A stretch of 64,000 nucleotides of DNA, taken from positions 10,664,001 through 10,728,000 of the forward strand of contig OX597830.1 of NCBI GenBank assembly GCA_951406725.2, written 5' to 3'. Both the position numbers and the translations under genes were made by a program. The DNA comes from Octopus vulgaris. Taxonomy: Eukaryota. Positions 11,299-24,990 of the stretch are shown in pieces; positions within the stretch are counted from its first letter, which is position 1, and every line of letters begins with the position of its first letter. The notes below the pieces were generated by a model that did no database searches, was not told the origin of the DNA, and was given only the letters and a program-made list of their open reading frames with translations.

Positions 11299-11932
11299 AA
11301 CACACACATATATATATATATATGTAAGAGGGAATATTTCTTGTGTAAACAATTCTCACCAGAGAAGTCAATGAGTATGAAAAAAAAAATATTTATAATC
11401 AGAGTATTAAAATATAATTAACTGAAAAACTGGTCAAATATGTAAAAATAAAAACATTACTATACATATCAAAATGCTTGCAAATATCAGATAAATATGA
11501 GTGTCCTGACAAGAGGACGTTTATACACACATACATACATGTATGTATACAAATGAAAAAATGTATTGTAAATAAAGAAACGATGGGTAAAAGATGTACA
11601 ATGTATACTGAGTGTACAAACAAGATGGGAGACAGACACAGAAGGTCCCGAATTCTTCATCAGTTAGCAACCAGATGGTATTACTTAATTTTGCACCATT
11701 ACTGATAAGACTGAGAAGTTCCCATGATGGTGATGCTCAAGAATGTTGCAGAGAATATAGAGCCAAGAGCGAACAAAACAACACAGAGTGGACATAGAAA
11801 AGTGAATAAATGTAATTTAATGTGATGGACAAAGATGAAATAAAATTAAGAAATGAGCAAAATATAGCCTCAGGGCCCAAAAGGCAAGAATGGTGGGCAA
11901 TGCTTAGAAGGCATCCTAAAGGATATATATAT

Positions 11933-12290
11933 CATCATTATCGTTTAATGTCCGCCTTCCATGCTGGCATAGGTTGGACGGTTTGACTGGGGACTGGCAA
12001 GCCAGGAGGCTGTTCCAGGCGCCAATCTGATCTGGCAATGTTTCTACAGCTGGATGCCCTTCCTAATGCCAACCATTCTGAGAGTCTAGTGAGTGCTTTT
12101 TACAGGCTACCAGTGCAGGAGCCAGTCAGGGCGGGGAGACTGACATCGGCCAAATTCGGATGGTACTTTTTACTGTGTTACCAACTCAGGAGCCTTGTCA
12201 GGGTGGGGAGGACTGGCATCAATGACATTTGGATGGTGCTTTTTATGTACCACTAGCACAAGGAGCCATTCAGGTGGCACTGGCAACGAA
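11933..12290 (-). mobile_element. Family C repeat
   Basis: catcat..gtttaatgtccgccttccatgctggc..tttctacagctggatgcccttcctaatgccaacc signature. Confidence 0.75.
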
Positions 12291-12380
12291 CCATGAATAT
12301 AAACACAGTAGCATTGGTTGTCAAGTGATGGTGGTGGGACAAATACAGACACACACAGAAATATATACATATATATATAT

Positions 12381-13240
12381 ATACAAAATTTAAAGGACTG
12401 ACCACTAAAAGTGGATGGTCAATATGCTAGATGTAGACGTCAAAATCGCTATTTTCCACAAAGAATGTGTTCTCAAGAAAAAACTCAGCAAAAACCAAAG
12501 TGTAAAAAATAAGCAAGACAAATAAAAATATTCGTATATTTTCATTTGTCTTGCTTATTTTTTACACTTTGGTATTTTGATGAGTTTTTTCTTGAGAACA
12601 CATTCTTCGTGGAAAATAGCGATTTTGACGACTACATCTAGCATATTGACTGTCCACTTTTAGTGGTCAGTCCTTTAAATTTTGTATGTAAAAAATATTT
12701 TAATCTTCAGATTTTTTTAATATGCTAGGCCACTGGTTTTAATTGATTAATATCAATTTCTACCCTTATTCCATTTCATATATATATATATACATGTATA
12801 TATATATATGTATATGTCTATATGGATATTTGTTCATATTTTTTTATATATATTAAATAATACGTGTATCATGTTTAATGTATTAATATTAATATTTTTA
12901 AAGTTCCTTATAACCTCTGACGAGGCCTATGGTTATATATATAAGTACTCTATTTTTAAATGCCTACAACCTCAATATATTGATAACTATAGGCAATAAA
13001 AATAAAAATAACTACTTTTAACCATAGGCTGAAACAGCTGTAAGAAGTGATTTTAATGATTTCAATAATTTATATTATGATTTTTATAATTTGTATTCTT
13101 ATCTTATATGTATTGAATTATAAGATATATATGTATATTATTGAGGTTCTCATTTTGTTAAATGAATAAATAATCTAACATTCTAATATCCGAAAGTTGA
13201 TGAACAAACTAAATTTGTTTCTCCATTTTCTTATTTGTAT
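12381..13240 (+). mobile_element. Penelope-like (pseudo-LTR) remnant: 307-bp palindrome plus hammerhead motif
   Basis: Near-perfect inverted repeat 12381-12687 centred at ~12534; HHR core at 12917-13042; 13090-13240 is homologous to 59820-59968. Confidence 0.6.
12915..13044 (+). ncRNA. Hammerhead motif with greatly extended stem II
   Basis: CTGACGA (12917-12923), 12-bp stem GGCCTATGGTTA/TAACCATAGGCT (12924-12935 with 13019-13030), GAAA, palindromic CAGCTG, then TA. Stem I is weak (about 2 bp). Confidence 0.55.
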
Positions 13241-13768
13241 TATATATATACATATATATATATGATGGGCTTCTTTCAGTTTCCATCTACCAAATCCACT
13301 CACAAGGCTTTAGGTGGCCTGAGGTTATAATAGTAGACACAAGTCCAAGGTGCCATGCAGTGGGAACTGAACTCAGAACTATGTGGTTGGGAAGCAAGCT
13401 TCTTACCATACAGCCATGTCTATGCCTATATATATATATAATTTTATACATCACACCATATAAATGCTTTCACTTCACTCCACACTTTTGTTTGCCATCC
13501 AGTTCAATCATACACACATATGTGTATACATATATACATACATAGACACACACATATATATATATACATATATACATGCATACATATATACCATAATCAT
13601 CATTTCACATCTGTTGTCCATGCTGGCATGGGTTGGATGGTTTAACCAAGCCTAGCAAGCTGGAAGGCTGCACCAGACTCCAATCTGATCTGTCAAAGTT
13701 TCTACGGCTGAATGCCCTTCCTAATGCCAACCACTCCAAGAGTGTAATGGGTGCTTTTACATGCCACT

Positions 13769-13998
13769 TTCAACCTTTCACTGTTCATATTACTCTGTTA
13801 AATGTAATTTTGTATTCAATCACATTATTTTTAATTAAGCATGCATTATTTTGTAGCTTTGAGATTTCAATGATGTGACTGTTTATGCTTTGAATGACAT
13901 TGTAAGGTAGGGGTGAAAGGCCAGATCTGGCCAGGCTGAACATAAAACAGGTAGAAAGTTTTGTGCCAGATATGGCCTGTTTAAATGTTAAATGTTAA
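13769..13998. mobile_element. TTAA-type non-autonomous DNA element
   Basis: Inverse homolog of 61262-61422, which ends aaagggttaa. Confidence 0.5.
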
Positions 13999-14098
13999 AG
14001 AGGCCCCAAAAGGGGTCATAAGCTCTGCTGCTGTTGCACCTCCTCCTCTAACTCAGTATGAATTAACTCTTTTGATGCTAAACCTGAGACAAACGTTG

Positions 14099-14404
14099 GT
14101 TCTACAGGCTGCAGCACCAAAACCTCCCATATTTTTACAGCAGGTTTTGGCAGATATGACAGATTTTTGTAATAATTCTAACATTTCAAAAATTGACCAA
14201 AAATTAGTCAATAAACTTGAGCTGAAATCCTCCAAGAATTATACAAAAATTAGTTCTACAGGCTGTAGTACCAAAATATCCCACATTTTTGCTGCAGGAC
14301 GTTTTGACACAAATGGTAGATTCTTGTAATATTTTTTATAACATTTCAAAAATTGACCAAAACTTAGTCAATAAACCTGAGCTGAAATCCTTCAAGATTT
14401 ATAC
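14099..14404. repeat. Tandem duplication with ~155-160 bp period
   Basis: aacatttcaaaaattgaccaaaa.ttagtcaataaac.tgagctgaaatcct at 14180 and 14340; ttctacaggctg at 14100 and 14253. Confidence 0.8.
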
Positions 14405-14859
14405 TAAGTACCAGTAATGAACAAGGAACCATTATGTAATTTATTACATCTTATGTCACCAATGGTGTTCAGTTTGGACTGACATAAATCATAAATTTCT
14501 ATTTTGAGAACTTCTAGGTAAAAACTAAGTTACTTTTGTTTACTGTTTTCTTTCTTTTTATTAATGTTCTGCCTGGAGGAAATAACAGGAAACATTGACA
14601 GTCTTGTTTCTATGGTGATGTATTTAAAATTATATTTCCATTTGTGTGTGTGTGTGGGTGCGAAAGAGAAAGAGAGAGAGACACAAAGGGTATGTATGTG
14701 TGCAGGAGTATTTTTCTTAAAGGACCACACATGGATCTTTCCACTACAAGAAACTGAAATAACAGCCAACCATGAAATACTAATCATAGCTAGAGGAACA
14801 TTGTACACACACACACCCACACAAACACACACAAATGCATACATATATGTATGAGTGTA

Positions 14860-14861
<2 letters not shown>

Positions 14862-14943
<82 letters not shown>

Positions 14944-15020
14944 GAAGGTAGGTAGATAGATAGATACATAGACAGATAGGTAGATAGATAGATAGATAGA
15001 TACATAGACAGATAGGTAGG

Positions 15021-15080
<60 letters not shown>

Positions 15081-15085
15081 CAGAC
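14862..15085. repeat. (TA)n plus (AGAT)n microsatellite
   Basis: Seen directly. Confidence 0.95.
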
Positions 15086-15407
15086 AAAGAGGTAAAGATA
15101 GGGTTGGCAGCATTAGGTTTCCATTGGTCAAGTGACACAGAACGTTGAGAGGATAACAGAAAGAAACCAACGGAATGTACAGTTGGATAAAAAAGAGGGA
15201 GAAGGAGAGAAGAGAAGAGAAGAGAAAAAGAAAGAGGAGGAACAAGAGAGGGTATAGGAAGTGGTGGGAGGACGAGTATAAGGAAAGAACAACATAGGAA
15301 GGAAAAAAAGGGACAGGAAGGAAGAGATATTGGTAAGGGGGAAAATAAAAGACAGGAGATTTAGAAAACTTAAAATGAAAGACACTGAAATAGTGTGTGC
15401 ATGTATA

Positions 15408-15446
<39 letters not shown>

Positions 15447-15498
15447 GTGTATGTATTTGTGTATGTATTGGTTTATATATATATCTGTGTATGTACTG

Positions 15499-15532
<34 letters not shown>

Positions 15533-15550
15533 GTATGTATGTACTGTGTA

Positions 15551-15582
<32 letters not shown>

Positions 15583-15770
15583 CATCATGTATATACATGT
15601 ATATGTGTGTGTTTGTACATATATGTATGTACTTATACATATGTTTGTATGTACATACATTAATACATACATACATATATATCTACATATACACATATGT
15701 GTATACTTATATGATATACATATATCTAAGTATATATGTGGCATATGTATGTATACATATACAATGTATG

Positions 15771-15808
<38 letters not shown>

Positions 15809-15852
15809 TATACATATATGTATATATACATATGTATGTATATATACATATG

Positions 15853-15889
<37 letters not shown>

Positions 15890-16058
15890 ATATGTATGTA
15901 TATATACACACATATATATGTATACATATATGTATATATATACACACATATATATATGTATACATGTATATATATAACACATGTATATATATATGTGGAT
16001 ACATATATATACACACATATATATGTATATATATATATATATGTATACACACATATAT

Positions 16059-16093
<35 letters not shown>

Positions 16094-16338
16094 AAATAAA
16101 GTAAAGAAGAAAAAAAACGATATATAAAATGTAAGATGTGAGGAAAAGAGATGAAAGCAAGCTTGGTGCTATCAGCAGCGTTTGTAGTGGAGAATATCTG
16201 GATTTCAGATCCTGTTGGTCCCTTGAGTCTGAAAGTCTTGAAGCATGTGGATTCATAAATTAAAGAACTATTGATCTGTTAAAGTAAGCAACTAGCAACT
16301 GTGAGCTATCTGTTCCTAACGCAGATGAGGACAACGAG

Positions 16339-16376
<38 letters not shown>

Positions 16377-16459
16377 TTACTACTACTACCATAGCCCTAT
16401 TGCAAGGGCAACGAATGACATCACAGAACCTTGGGAATTCTCGTCAGGATTTCAGTGTG

Positions 16460-16555
<96 letters not shown>

Positions 16556-16558
16556 GTA

Positions 16559-16602
<44 letters not shown>

Positions 16603-16699
16603 CACAGATGTGTGTGTATATATATGACTTCATCTTTTTATGTATCTATTTATGCATATATACATACATGCGTATATTCATATATATATACATATTTAT

Positions 16700-16752
<53 letters not shown>

Positions 16753-17338
16753 CAAATATATATACACATATACATACATCTATGTATGCATACAACATAC
16801 ACGCACACATACATACATACATATGGCTATATATAAATATGCATGGTTAATGAAGCATCCATTATTCCAGATGGTTGCACTTTGGTAATGAAGGTCAACG
16901 AAGAACTGAAGGAATTTTATGATATTTATCAATTTTGAAATCTGAATTGAAGCATTTATTTACTTATTTATTTATTTATTTGCTTCTTGCCTCCTCTTCT
17001 GCTTCTTCCTCTCCTCCTCATCCTTCTCCTCCAAACAACATTTGAATAAATTCTGAATGCCAAGGAATATGGGAGTGAAGGGAGAAAGAGTAGAAAGAAA
17101 GAAAGAGAGAGAGAAAATGAGAGAGGAGGAGGAAAAGGGAGAGAGGAAGAGAGGGGGAGGAAAAGGAGAGGGGAAGAGAGGAAGAGCTCTAAGTTCCCTT
17201 GGTTACATAGACCTGTGCCCCAACAGTTTACACAGAAAACCAATGAGAGAAATCTTATAAACTCAACGAGTGTGGAATTAACCCTTCGTTTAACATTACA
17301 GGACTGGGTACTTAATTATTCTTTAGACATCATCACTA

Positions 17339-17740
17339 TAGGCACGGCTGTGTGGTAAGAAGTTTGTTCCCCAACCACATGATCCTGGGTTCAATCCCAC
17401 TGTGTGTCACCTTGGACAAGTATTCTCTACTACTGCCGCCAGATGACCAAGTCCTTGTGACTGGATTTGGAAGACGGAAACTGAAAGAAGCCAGTTGTGC
17501 ATGTGCGCGTGCATGCATGTGTGTTTGTGTTAGTCCATTCTCCAGCATCACTTGACGACCAGTGATGGTGTGTTTACATCCCCTAACTTAGCAGTTTGGG
17601 AAAAGAGACCAATAGAATAAATACCAGACTTTAATAAAAAAACAAACAGTAGTAGGGTCGATCTCTTTGGCTAAAATTCTTCAAGACAGTGCCCCAGCAT
17701 GGCCATAGTCTAATGCAACAAAAAAAAAAGAAATAAAAGA
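17339..17740 (+). mobile_element. SINE family B
   Basis: Head, B box GGTTCAATCCC, CORE-like segment and 3' half. Confidence 0.8.
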
Positions 17741-18183
17741 TTATAATTTAACATCTGTTTTCCATGCTGGCATGGGTCGGACAGTTGGAGAAGAACTGGA
17801 AAATCAGAAGACTGCATCGAGCTCTGCTGTTTGCTTTGGAATGGTTTCTATAGCTGGATGCCCTTCCTAATGCCAACCACTTTACCAAGTGCTCTGGGTG
17901 CTTTATATATGACACCAGTGGCAGTGAAGTCACCGAGGAACTTGCAGAGCAAGACCCCTCAACTGGAGGAGAAAAGTATGGAGGAAGAAAACAGGTGTCA
18001 TGCATCAGAGGAGAAAATCACAGAACTCACTCAAGAGTGAACAGTTTCATGCATGATTGAACAACAAAGTATTGTGTGATTGCTTGCTTAGTGCTTATTA
18101 TGATGGCCAGTCTGATATAGCCCCAGGTCAAACGAAACCTTGTGAGTAGGTCTGGTAGATGGAAACTGAAAGAACCCCTTGGA

Positions 18184-18215
<32 letters not shown>

Positions 18216-18341
18216 TGTTGTCTGTGTTTGTTCCCCACCACTGCTTGACAACCTGTGTGTGTGTTAGGGATGTTTATGTCCCCCATAACTTAGCAATTCA
18301 GCAAAAGAGAACAAGTACCAGGCTAAAAAAAAAAAATAATA

Positions 18342-18373
<32 letters not shown>

Positions 18374-18385
18374 TCAATAATAATA

Positions 18386-18418
<33 letters not shown>

Positions 18419-18444
18419 TAATAATAATAATAGTAATAATAATG

Positions 18445-18481
<37 letters not shown>

Positions 18482-18819
18482 TGATGATGATGATAATAAT
18501 AATAAAAAACTGGGGTTAATTCATTCAACACAAATTCTTCAGGATGGTGCCCCAATATGGCTGTAGTCTAATGACTGAAGCAAATGGAAACGCATAAAAA
18601 ATAAACCCCACGCAATTTACTGTTTGAAGTTTTAGTGTTTTGTAGAAAAATAATTTTGCACACAAGACATTCATAATTCCTATTGGAACTAATCACCATC
18701 ACCATCATCACATGTCCATTTTTTCCATGCTGGCATGAGTTGGACAGAATTTGTTGAAGCAGATTATAAAGTATGAAGGAAATAACATCATGTATTTCTC
18801 TTGATATCATTTTTTAAAA

Positions 18820-19545
18820 TCCTTTGCTTGTTTCAGCTGTTAGATGGTGGTGCTCCAGCATGGCCACACTGAAGAATTTTAGTCCAACGAATCGACTCCA
18901 GTACCTAATTTCTTTAAGCCTTGTACTTATTGTATTGGTCTTTTTTGCTGAACAACGAAGTTAGAGGGATGTAAGCACACCGACACCCATTGCCAAGTGA
19001 TGGTGAGAGACAATCATCATCATCATTGTTCAACCGTGGTCGAGACAATGGAATTTACTATGCCACACCAGACTTCATGGTCCATCATAGCATTACGGAG
19101 GTCCTGTCCCTGGAGATTACACCAGGGTAGGAGAGTGTGCACCCTCTGGCATCGCGAGTAGATGGCTTCCAGAGGAGAAGAGCAGAAATTACCTCGTTTT
19201 CAGCTCTACAACAATGTCCAGCAAACTGGACTCTTCTACCTTTCACAACAGATGATACAGGTGGTAGTTTCCCATATATTTGTACTTTGGTTGGATGACG
19301 CTTCCACAAGAGATTTCGAGCTCTCATAAGGAGGCGAGTGAGAGACAAAGATGCACACACACACACACACACACATATATGACAGGCTTCTTTCCGTTTC
19401 CATCTACCAGATCCACTCACAAGGCTTCGGTTGGCCTGTGGCTGTAGTAGAAGACACTTTCCCAAGATGCCACGTGGTGGGAATGAACCGGTTACCAACT
19501 GGTTGGAAAGCAAAATTCTTACCACACAGCCACGCCTGCACCTAT
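18820..19545 (-). mobile_element. SINE family B split by an RTE LINE fragment
   Basis: 3' part 18820-19012 and 5' part 19340-19545; gtgagagaca(a) is repeated at both junctions (~19003 and ~19338). Confidence 0.7.
19014..19337 (-). mobile_element. RTE-clade LINE 3' fragment
   Basis: Minus-strand LLMRARNLLWKRHPTKVQIYGKLPPVSSVVKGRRVQFAGHCCRAENEVISALLLWKP matches the RR..(F/W)AGH..R motif C-terminal to RT; (GAT)n tail. Confidence 0.8.
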
Positions 19546-20458
19546 AAATTGGTAAATTTCTACCAAAACCAAGACAAAACAATGAACTAATGCTTACTGC
19601 TGTTTATGTCTTACCTTGACACTAAAAGACACCAAAATGTGCACTTGATGCATAAAATGGCCGTCTACTGCTTACGGTTAGTAAATTCAGAAGTAAAAAG
19701 AAAAAAAGAAAGAAATGAAAAGCAGAAAAAAAAAAAAAAAACTCAGAATCAAAGATTTAGAATTGTGTGAAGAATATGGCTTTGTTTGTTTTGTAGCGAT
19801 TCTTTGTTTTCGTTGCGATGAAAAGATAAAATAACGAAAGGGAAAAATATATGATAAATACGTGATGGAAAGAGATGAATGATAAGCGAAGGAGGGAAAA
19901 AGAAAGGAAAGAACATAAGGAATGACTGAGACAAAGCAATATTGTGTAGGTGTGTGTGTGTATATACATGCATATGTGTGTGTGTGTGTGTATGTGTGTG
20001 CAGAGGTGTGTGTGTGTATAAATATAAATAAATGCACACAGTTGTGGCTGTGAGGTAAGATGCTTGCTTCCCAACCACAGAGTGCCAGGTTCAGTCCTAC
20101 TGCCTGGTACCTTGGGCAAATGTCTTCTACTATAGCCACAGGCTGACCAAAGTCTTGTGAATGGATTTGGTAGACAGAAAAATGAAAGAAACTTGTGTGT
20201 GTCTGTGTGTGTGTGTGTGTGTGTGTGTCTGTATGAGTTAGAGTTTAAGAAACCATCAAAGGGATATCAAATATCCAATATACTACTGGATGCGCACTTA
20301 AGTATTTATATCCAAGTGCTTAGTATTGCAGGGCAATTTTGCAAATGAATACTAGGTATGGATGGGGGTAAATTGTAAATTTACCCAGGATTTATAAAGC
20401 AAATAGATTTTATATCCTCTCTATTTTCTTATTTACTTTATATATACATATATATATA

Positions 20459-20877
20459 CTAGTAGCTAAGCCCAGTTTCACCCGGTTGGTTTGGATGATG
20501 TGACTGTAAAACCTGTTCTGTGTAAGTATTCGATTTGTTTGGGCACGCTTACGTTAAAAAACAATTTTGGAATGACTTTTTTTTCTGTCGAAAGGCTAAA
20601 AATAACTGACCAAAAAAAAAAAAAAACAACCGAGATTTAGCCAAATCAAAATATAAACCAACCCATTTCCATTTCACGAGCATACGCACACACATACGCG
20701 GGCACGCACACACACACATTCACATACCTCCCTTTACATACACACACATATATTTACACACAGTTGAAATGCTGTTTGATTTATTTTTTCAGCGTACAAT
20801 TTTCATCATCCCACTACCAAGTTTCACATCACTCCTTCCTTTCTCATTCATAAACACAATAGTATTATTATAGTAGA
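20459..20877 (-). mobile_element. Non-autonomous Helitron
   Basis: Minus strand A|TCTACTATAATAATA ... CCGGGTGAAACTGGG hairpin, then cttagcta-CTAG|T; no TSD. Confidence 0.7.
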
Positions 20878-21029
20878 TTATCTCGGTAACCATGGGAGGT
20901 ATGAAAAAAATACAAATTCCAGCAACACCCCTGGATCATTCTACACATCTGTGCAATTTTTCGTGCAATTCCACCCAGCCGTTTGACAGTGAAATCCAAG
21001 ACAAGAAAGAATCACCCATGTCAAATTTA

Positions 21030-21064
<35 letters not shown>

Positions 21065-21639
21065 TTATCATCATTTGTCGATGCTGGCGTGAGTTGGACA
21101 GTTTGAGCCAGAGAGCAGCAACAGGCTCCAAGCTGTCTTGCCATGGTTTCTATGGATGCCCTTCCTAACACGACCAACCATTTTACAAAGTGTGTTGTGT
21201 TGGATGTTTTTACGTGGCACACACACAAACACACACATACATATATATTCAGCCATGTAATGACACACATGCTTTTCACAAACTATTCTTTTCCTTCTCT
21301 CCACACTTTTTCTCCGTTCCTCTTTCCGATAAAGAGCCATGTTCAAAATGTCACACCCAACTCTTTTTGCTCACCTTAAACTTTCTCTAAGCATTAATCT
21401 AATACATTCACTGTGCGTGTCCTTTTCACTTTTGTTGTTTTACCTGTTTTTCTTTTTGCCTGTCCAACCCATACCAGCATGGACAACGGTGGTTAAATGA
21501 TGATGATGATGATGATGATATATATATATATGCAGTCAATCTGTTTGTCTGTAAGTCTGCCTCTATTATCTATCTATAAATGGTCATGCAAACACATACA
21601 CACACACACACACACACACATGTCACACACACACACACT

Positions 21640-21688
<49 letters not shown>

Positions 21689-21763
21689 TGTGTGGCCAAA
21701 TGAAAGAAGGGCACTCAACACATTTATTGGGACTCAGATGTATGGATCAAAGCAGTTTGATCC

Positions 21764-21795
<32 letters not shown>

Positions 21796-22300
21796 ATGCT
21801 TGTGTGTCTGTGTTTGACCCCCTAGCATTGCTTGACAACCGATGCTGGTGTGTTTACATCCCCATAACTTAGTGGTTTGGCAAAAGAGACCGATAGAATA
21901 AGTACTAGGCTTACAAAGAATAAGTCCCAGGGTCGATTTGCTTGACTAAAGGCAGTGCTCCAGCATGGCCGCACTCAAATGGCTGAAACAAGTAAAAGAG
22001 TAAAAGAGATATATGTATACATATATACAGTGTGTGTGTGTATGGATGTGTGTGTGTGTGTGTGTGGATATAAGTATTCTGTTACAAAGTAAAAGAGACT
22101 CTAACAAACCAGCCGGTTCATCTCATTCGTTTCACACAGAGATCTTCAGAAATTGTAAAACTGAAGAAGAATGAAGAGAATTCCGGAAACCAAAGGAAAA
22201 ATGAAGAATAAAAATGAGAAGGCAAAGACAACATCAAGTATCAATAATTGTGTGTGCGTGTGTATATGTATGTATGTATGTATATATGCATACGTTTATG

Positions 22301-22852
22301 TCAGGTCACTTTCGAGTGCTACTGGTAACATGTAATCCAGTACAACTTTTTGCATGGGCGGGTTGTCGGCGACTAAACCGGCAACCCCACCAAGCTTGCT
22401 TGGTGAGGAGGGTGTCTTTTTGGACACCCTGCGGGATGAAAAACAAAACCCGTCAAAGGGTGGAGGGACTCTTGAGAGTCAACGGCCATCCAATAAATGT
22501 CTTAAGGCTGTATCATGTGCGGAGACATAGAAATAATCGAACTGAATACCCGATCGCGCGGTTAAACCATTGGGAGTGAAGGACTCCTTTCCTTTGTTAG
22601 GGTATCCTTCTAGGAGAAGGTAACTCAGGTAACTGGGATAACTCCGACATAAAACCTGAAGCTCAGTGGTTACCGATGATGTTGATTTGTTCTTCTTTTC
22701 AGATTATGGCTGCTGTTACTTAGTGAGTGGGATTGACTCAGTGCACAGCCTTTCCGCACTTTAAAAAAATCTTCTTGCAGTAGCATTGCACGATAACAAC
22801 ATTGATAAAGTTTCGTGCAATGGCCATACTCGATAACAAGGGGGCAGCCACC
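22301..22852 (+). mobile_element. Probable bipartite non-autonomous RTE derivative (5' UTR-like part joined to 3' end)
   Basis: GC-rich body with tctaggagaaggtaactc (RTE 5' UTR-like, from memory); 3' end caatggccatactcgataac.ag.gggcagcc is shared with the zinc-finger LINE end at 49334-49366. Confidence 0.55.
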
Positions 22853-23464
22853 ATGCATATATGCATTTCTGCATGCCTCCATTATCCATGATGTATGTAT
22901 GTTCTCTTCCTCTTTTTAATTCAAAACAGATTTTGACCGGTCATCTACTTGGTGGCCAGGTGGAGAAGGAAAGCATCTTGTTTTAACCATTATCCTTTGA
23001 ATCTTAAGAAAGCCTTGCAGACTTTTTATAGTCCCAGATATCATGGTCATTTGCAGCATAAGAATTAAGGATTTGCATTCTCCCCCCCAAGAACCCAAGT
23101 CCAGCTCCAGATGGGTTGGTAAAAAGCTGAAAGTGTATCTGGGTTACTGGATCATGTGTGTGTGTGTGTGTGTGTGTAATTCACTATTACATCCAATTTT
23201 CAATGGCAGCATGAGTTAGATGAATATTACTATTGAAGAACTGTTTTGCAGCTGGATACTCTTCCTGTCACAAACACTTAGCTTCTTTCTTTCAATAGGA
23301 ATCATCTTTTGTGTATTCAAAGTTTTAAAGCCATTGGTTAATGCAAATGACAACACTGTTACTGCTTGTTGCTAAGCAATTTTCAGATAGATATAAACAA
23401 ATGCACACACATGGGCACACACACACACGCACACACACATACACACACACACATACACACACAC

Positions 23465-23668
23465 TTTACTCTTTTACTTGTTTCAGTCATTCGACTGTGG
23501 CCATACTGGAGCACTGCCTTTAGTCAAGCAAATCAACCCCAGAACTTATTCTTTGTAAGCCTAGTACTTATTCTATCGGTCTCTTTTGCTGAACCACTAA
23601 GTTATGGGGACATAAACACAGCAGCATCGGTTGTCAAGCTATGGTGGGGGACAAACACAGACACACAA

Positions 23669-23715
<47 letters not shown>

Positions 23716-23872
23716 GCTTCTTTCAGTTTCCATTTACCAAATCCACCCACAAGGCGTTGGTTGGCCCGAGGCTATAGTAGAAGACACTTGCCCAAGGTGC
23801 CACATAGTGGGACTGAACCCGGAACCATGTGGTTGGTAAGCAAACTACTTACCACACAGCCACTCCTGCGCC
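23465..23872 (-). mobile_element. SINE family B, full length
   Basis: Minus strand starts GGCGCAGGAGTGGCTGTGTGGTAAG and ends GAAACAAGTAAAAGAGTAAA. Confidence 0.9.
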
Positions 23873-24178
23873 TATATACATATACATACATACTTATGTA
23901 TATGCTTGCGTCAATGAGTCCCCTACAAGGCTTTGGTCAGGACAAGGGCTATAGTGGAGATACTTGCTGAAGGAGCATTGCAGAGGGACTGAACCTGAGA
24001 CCATGTGGATGGGAAGCAGACTTCTTTAGCAAACAAACATACTTGTACCTATTAATACATACAAGAATATCTTTTATCTTTTACTTCTACCAGTCATTAG
24101 GCTGCTGCCATGCTGGAGTACTGTCTTGCAGAACCTCTAGTTGAATAAATCGACACCCAAACACCCAGTACTCTATTA

Positions 24179-24202
<24 letters not shown>

Positions 24203-24209
<7 letters not shown>

Positions 24210-24375
24210 GTGAATTGAAGAAATGGAGCTGAACGCAGATTGAACAGAAATCGTTTTATTTCATTCTACACGTGTTTCGAAAGGCACAAATTGCCTTTCG
24301 AAACACGTGTAGAATGAAATAAAACGATTTCTGTTCAATCTGCGTTCAGCTCCATTTCTTCAATTCACCAATAAT
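24203..24375. repeat. Perfect palindrome (84-bp arms, 5-nt spacer) containing the 3' half of a hammerhead; Penelope-like end
   Basis: 24203-24286 is the exact reverse complement of 24292-24375. The right arm reads tgcctttc-GAAA-CACGTG-TA-gaatg. Confidence 0.85.
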
Positions 24376-24525
24376 GTTCTAATTTCAATTATCTGCACCA
24401 ACGCACGGTTGCAACACCATATGGTTGTACCTCCAACCATGCTGTTTTACTGCTGTGATTTTTGCTACTAAGGTATCGGTTAAACTTTTGATTAATCTAC
24501 TACAAGATTATTCATCTTTCTATTT

Positions 24526-24577
<52 letters not shown>

Positions 24578-24578
24578 T

Positions 24579-24990
24579 AGGCGCAAGAGTGGCTGTATGG
24601 TAAGTAGCATGCTTACCAACCACATGGTACCGGGTTCAGTCCCACTGTGTGGCACCTTAGGCAAGTGTCTTCTACTATAGCCTTGGGCTGACCAAAGCCT
24701 TGTGAGTGGATTTGGTAGACGGAAACTGTATATATACACGTATATGCATATATGTATATATCTATGTATGCGTGTGTATGTGTTTGTGTGTCTGTGTTTG
24801 TCCCCTCAACATCATTTGACAACCAATGCTGGTGTGTTTACATCCCCGTATCTTAGTGGTTCGACAAAAGAGTCCGAGAGAATAAGTACTAGTTTTACAA
24901 AGAATAAGTCTGGGGTCGATTTGCTCAACCAAAAGCAGTGCTCCAGCATGGCCACAGTCAAATGACTGAAACAAGTAAAAGGGTAAAAGA
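24579..24990 (+). mobile_element. SINE family B, full length
   Basis: GGCGCAAGAGTGGCTGTATGGTAAG ... GAAACAAGTAAAAGGG. Confidence 0.9.

Larger units (their letters stand above)
12299..13425 (-). mobile_element. SINE family B split at its internal (TA)n by a Penelope-like insertion
   Basis: 3' portion at 12299-12360 and 5' portion at 13263-13425. Confidence 0.65.

Noticed and set aside
13985-14329. 114-aa ORF
   Set aside because: Starts in a transposon end and runs through a tandem duplication; no recognisable motif.
15330-16256. Long YI/CV/HT-rich ORFs here and at 8.0, 11.0, 29.1, 32.3 and 40.1-41.5 kb
   Set aside because: Translations of (TA)n/(TG)n microsatellites, open in several frames on both strands.
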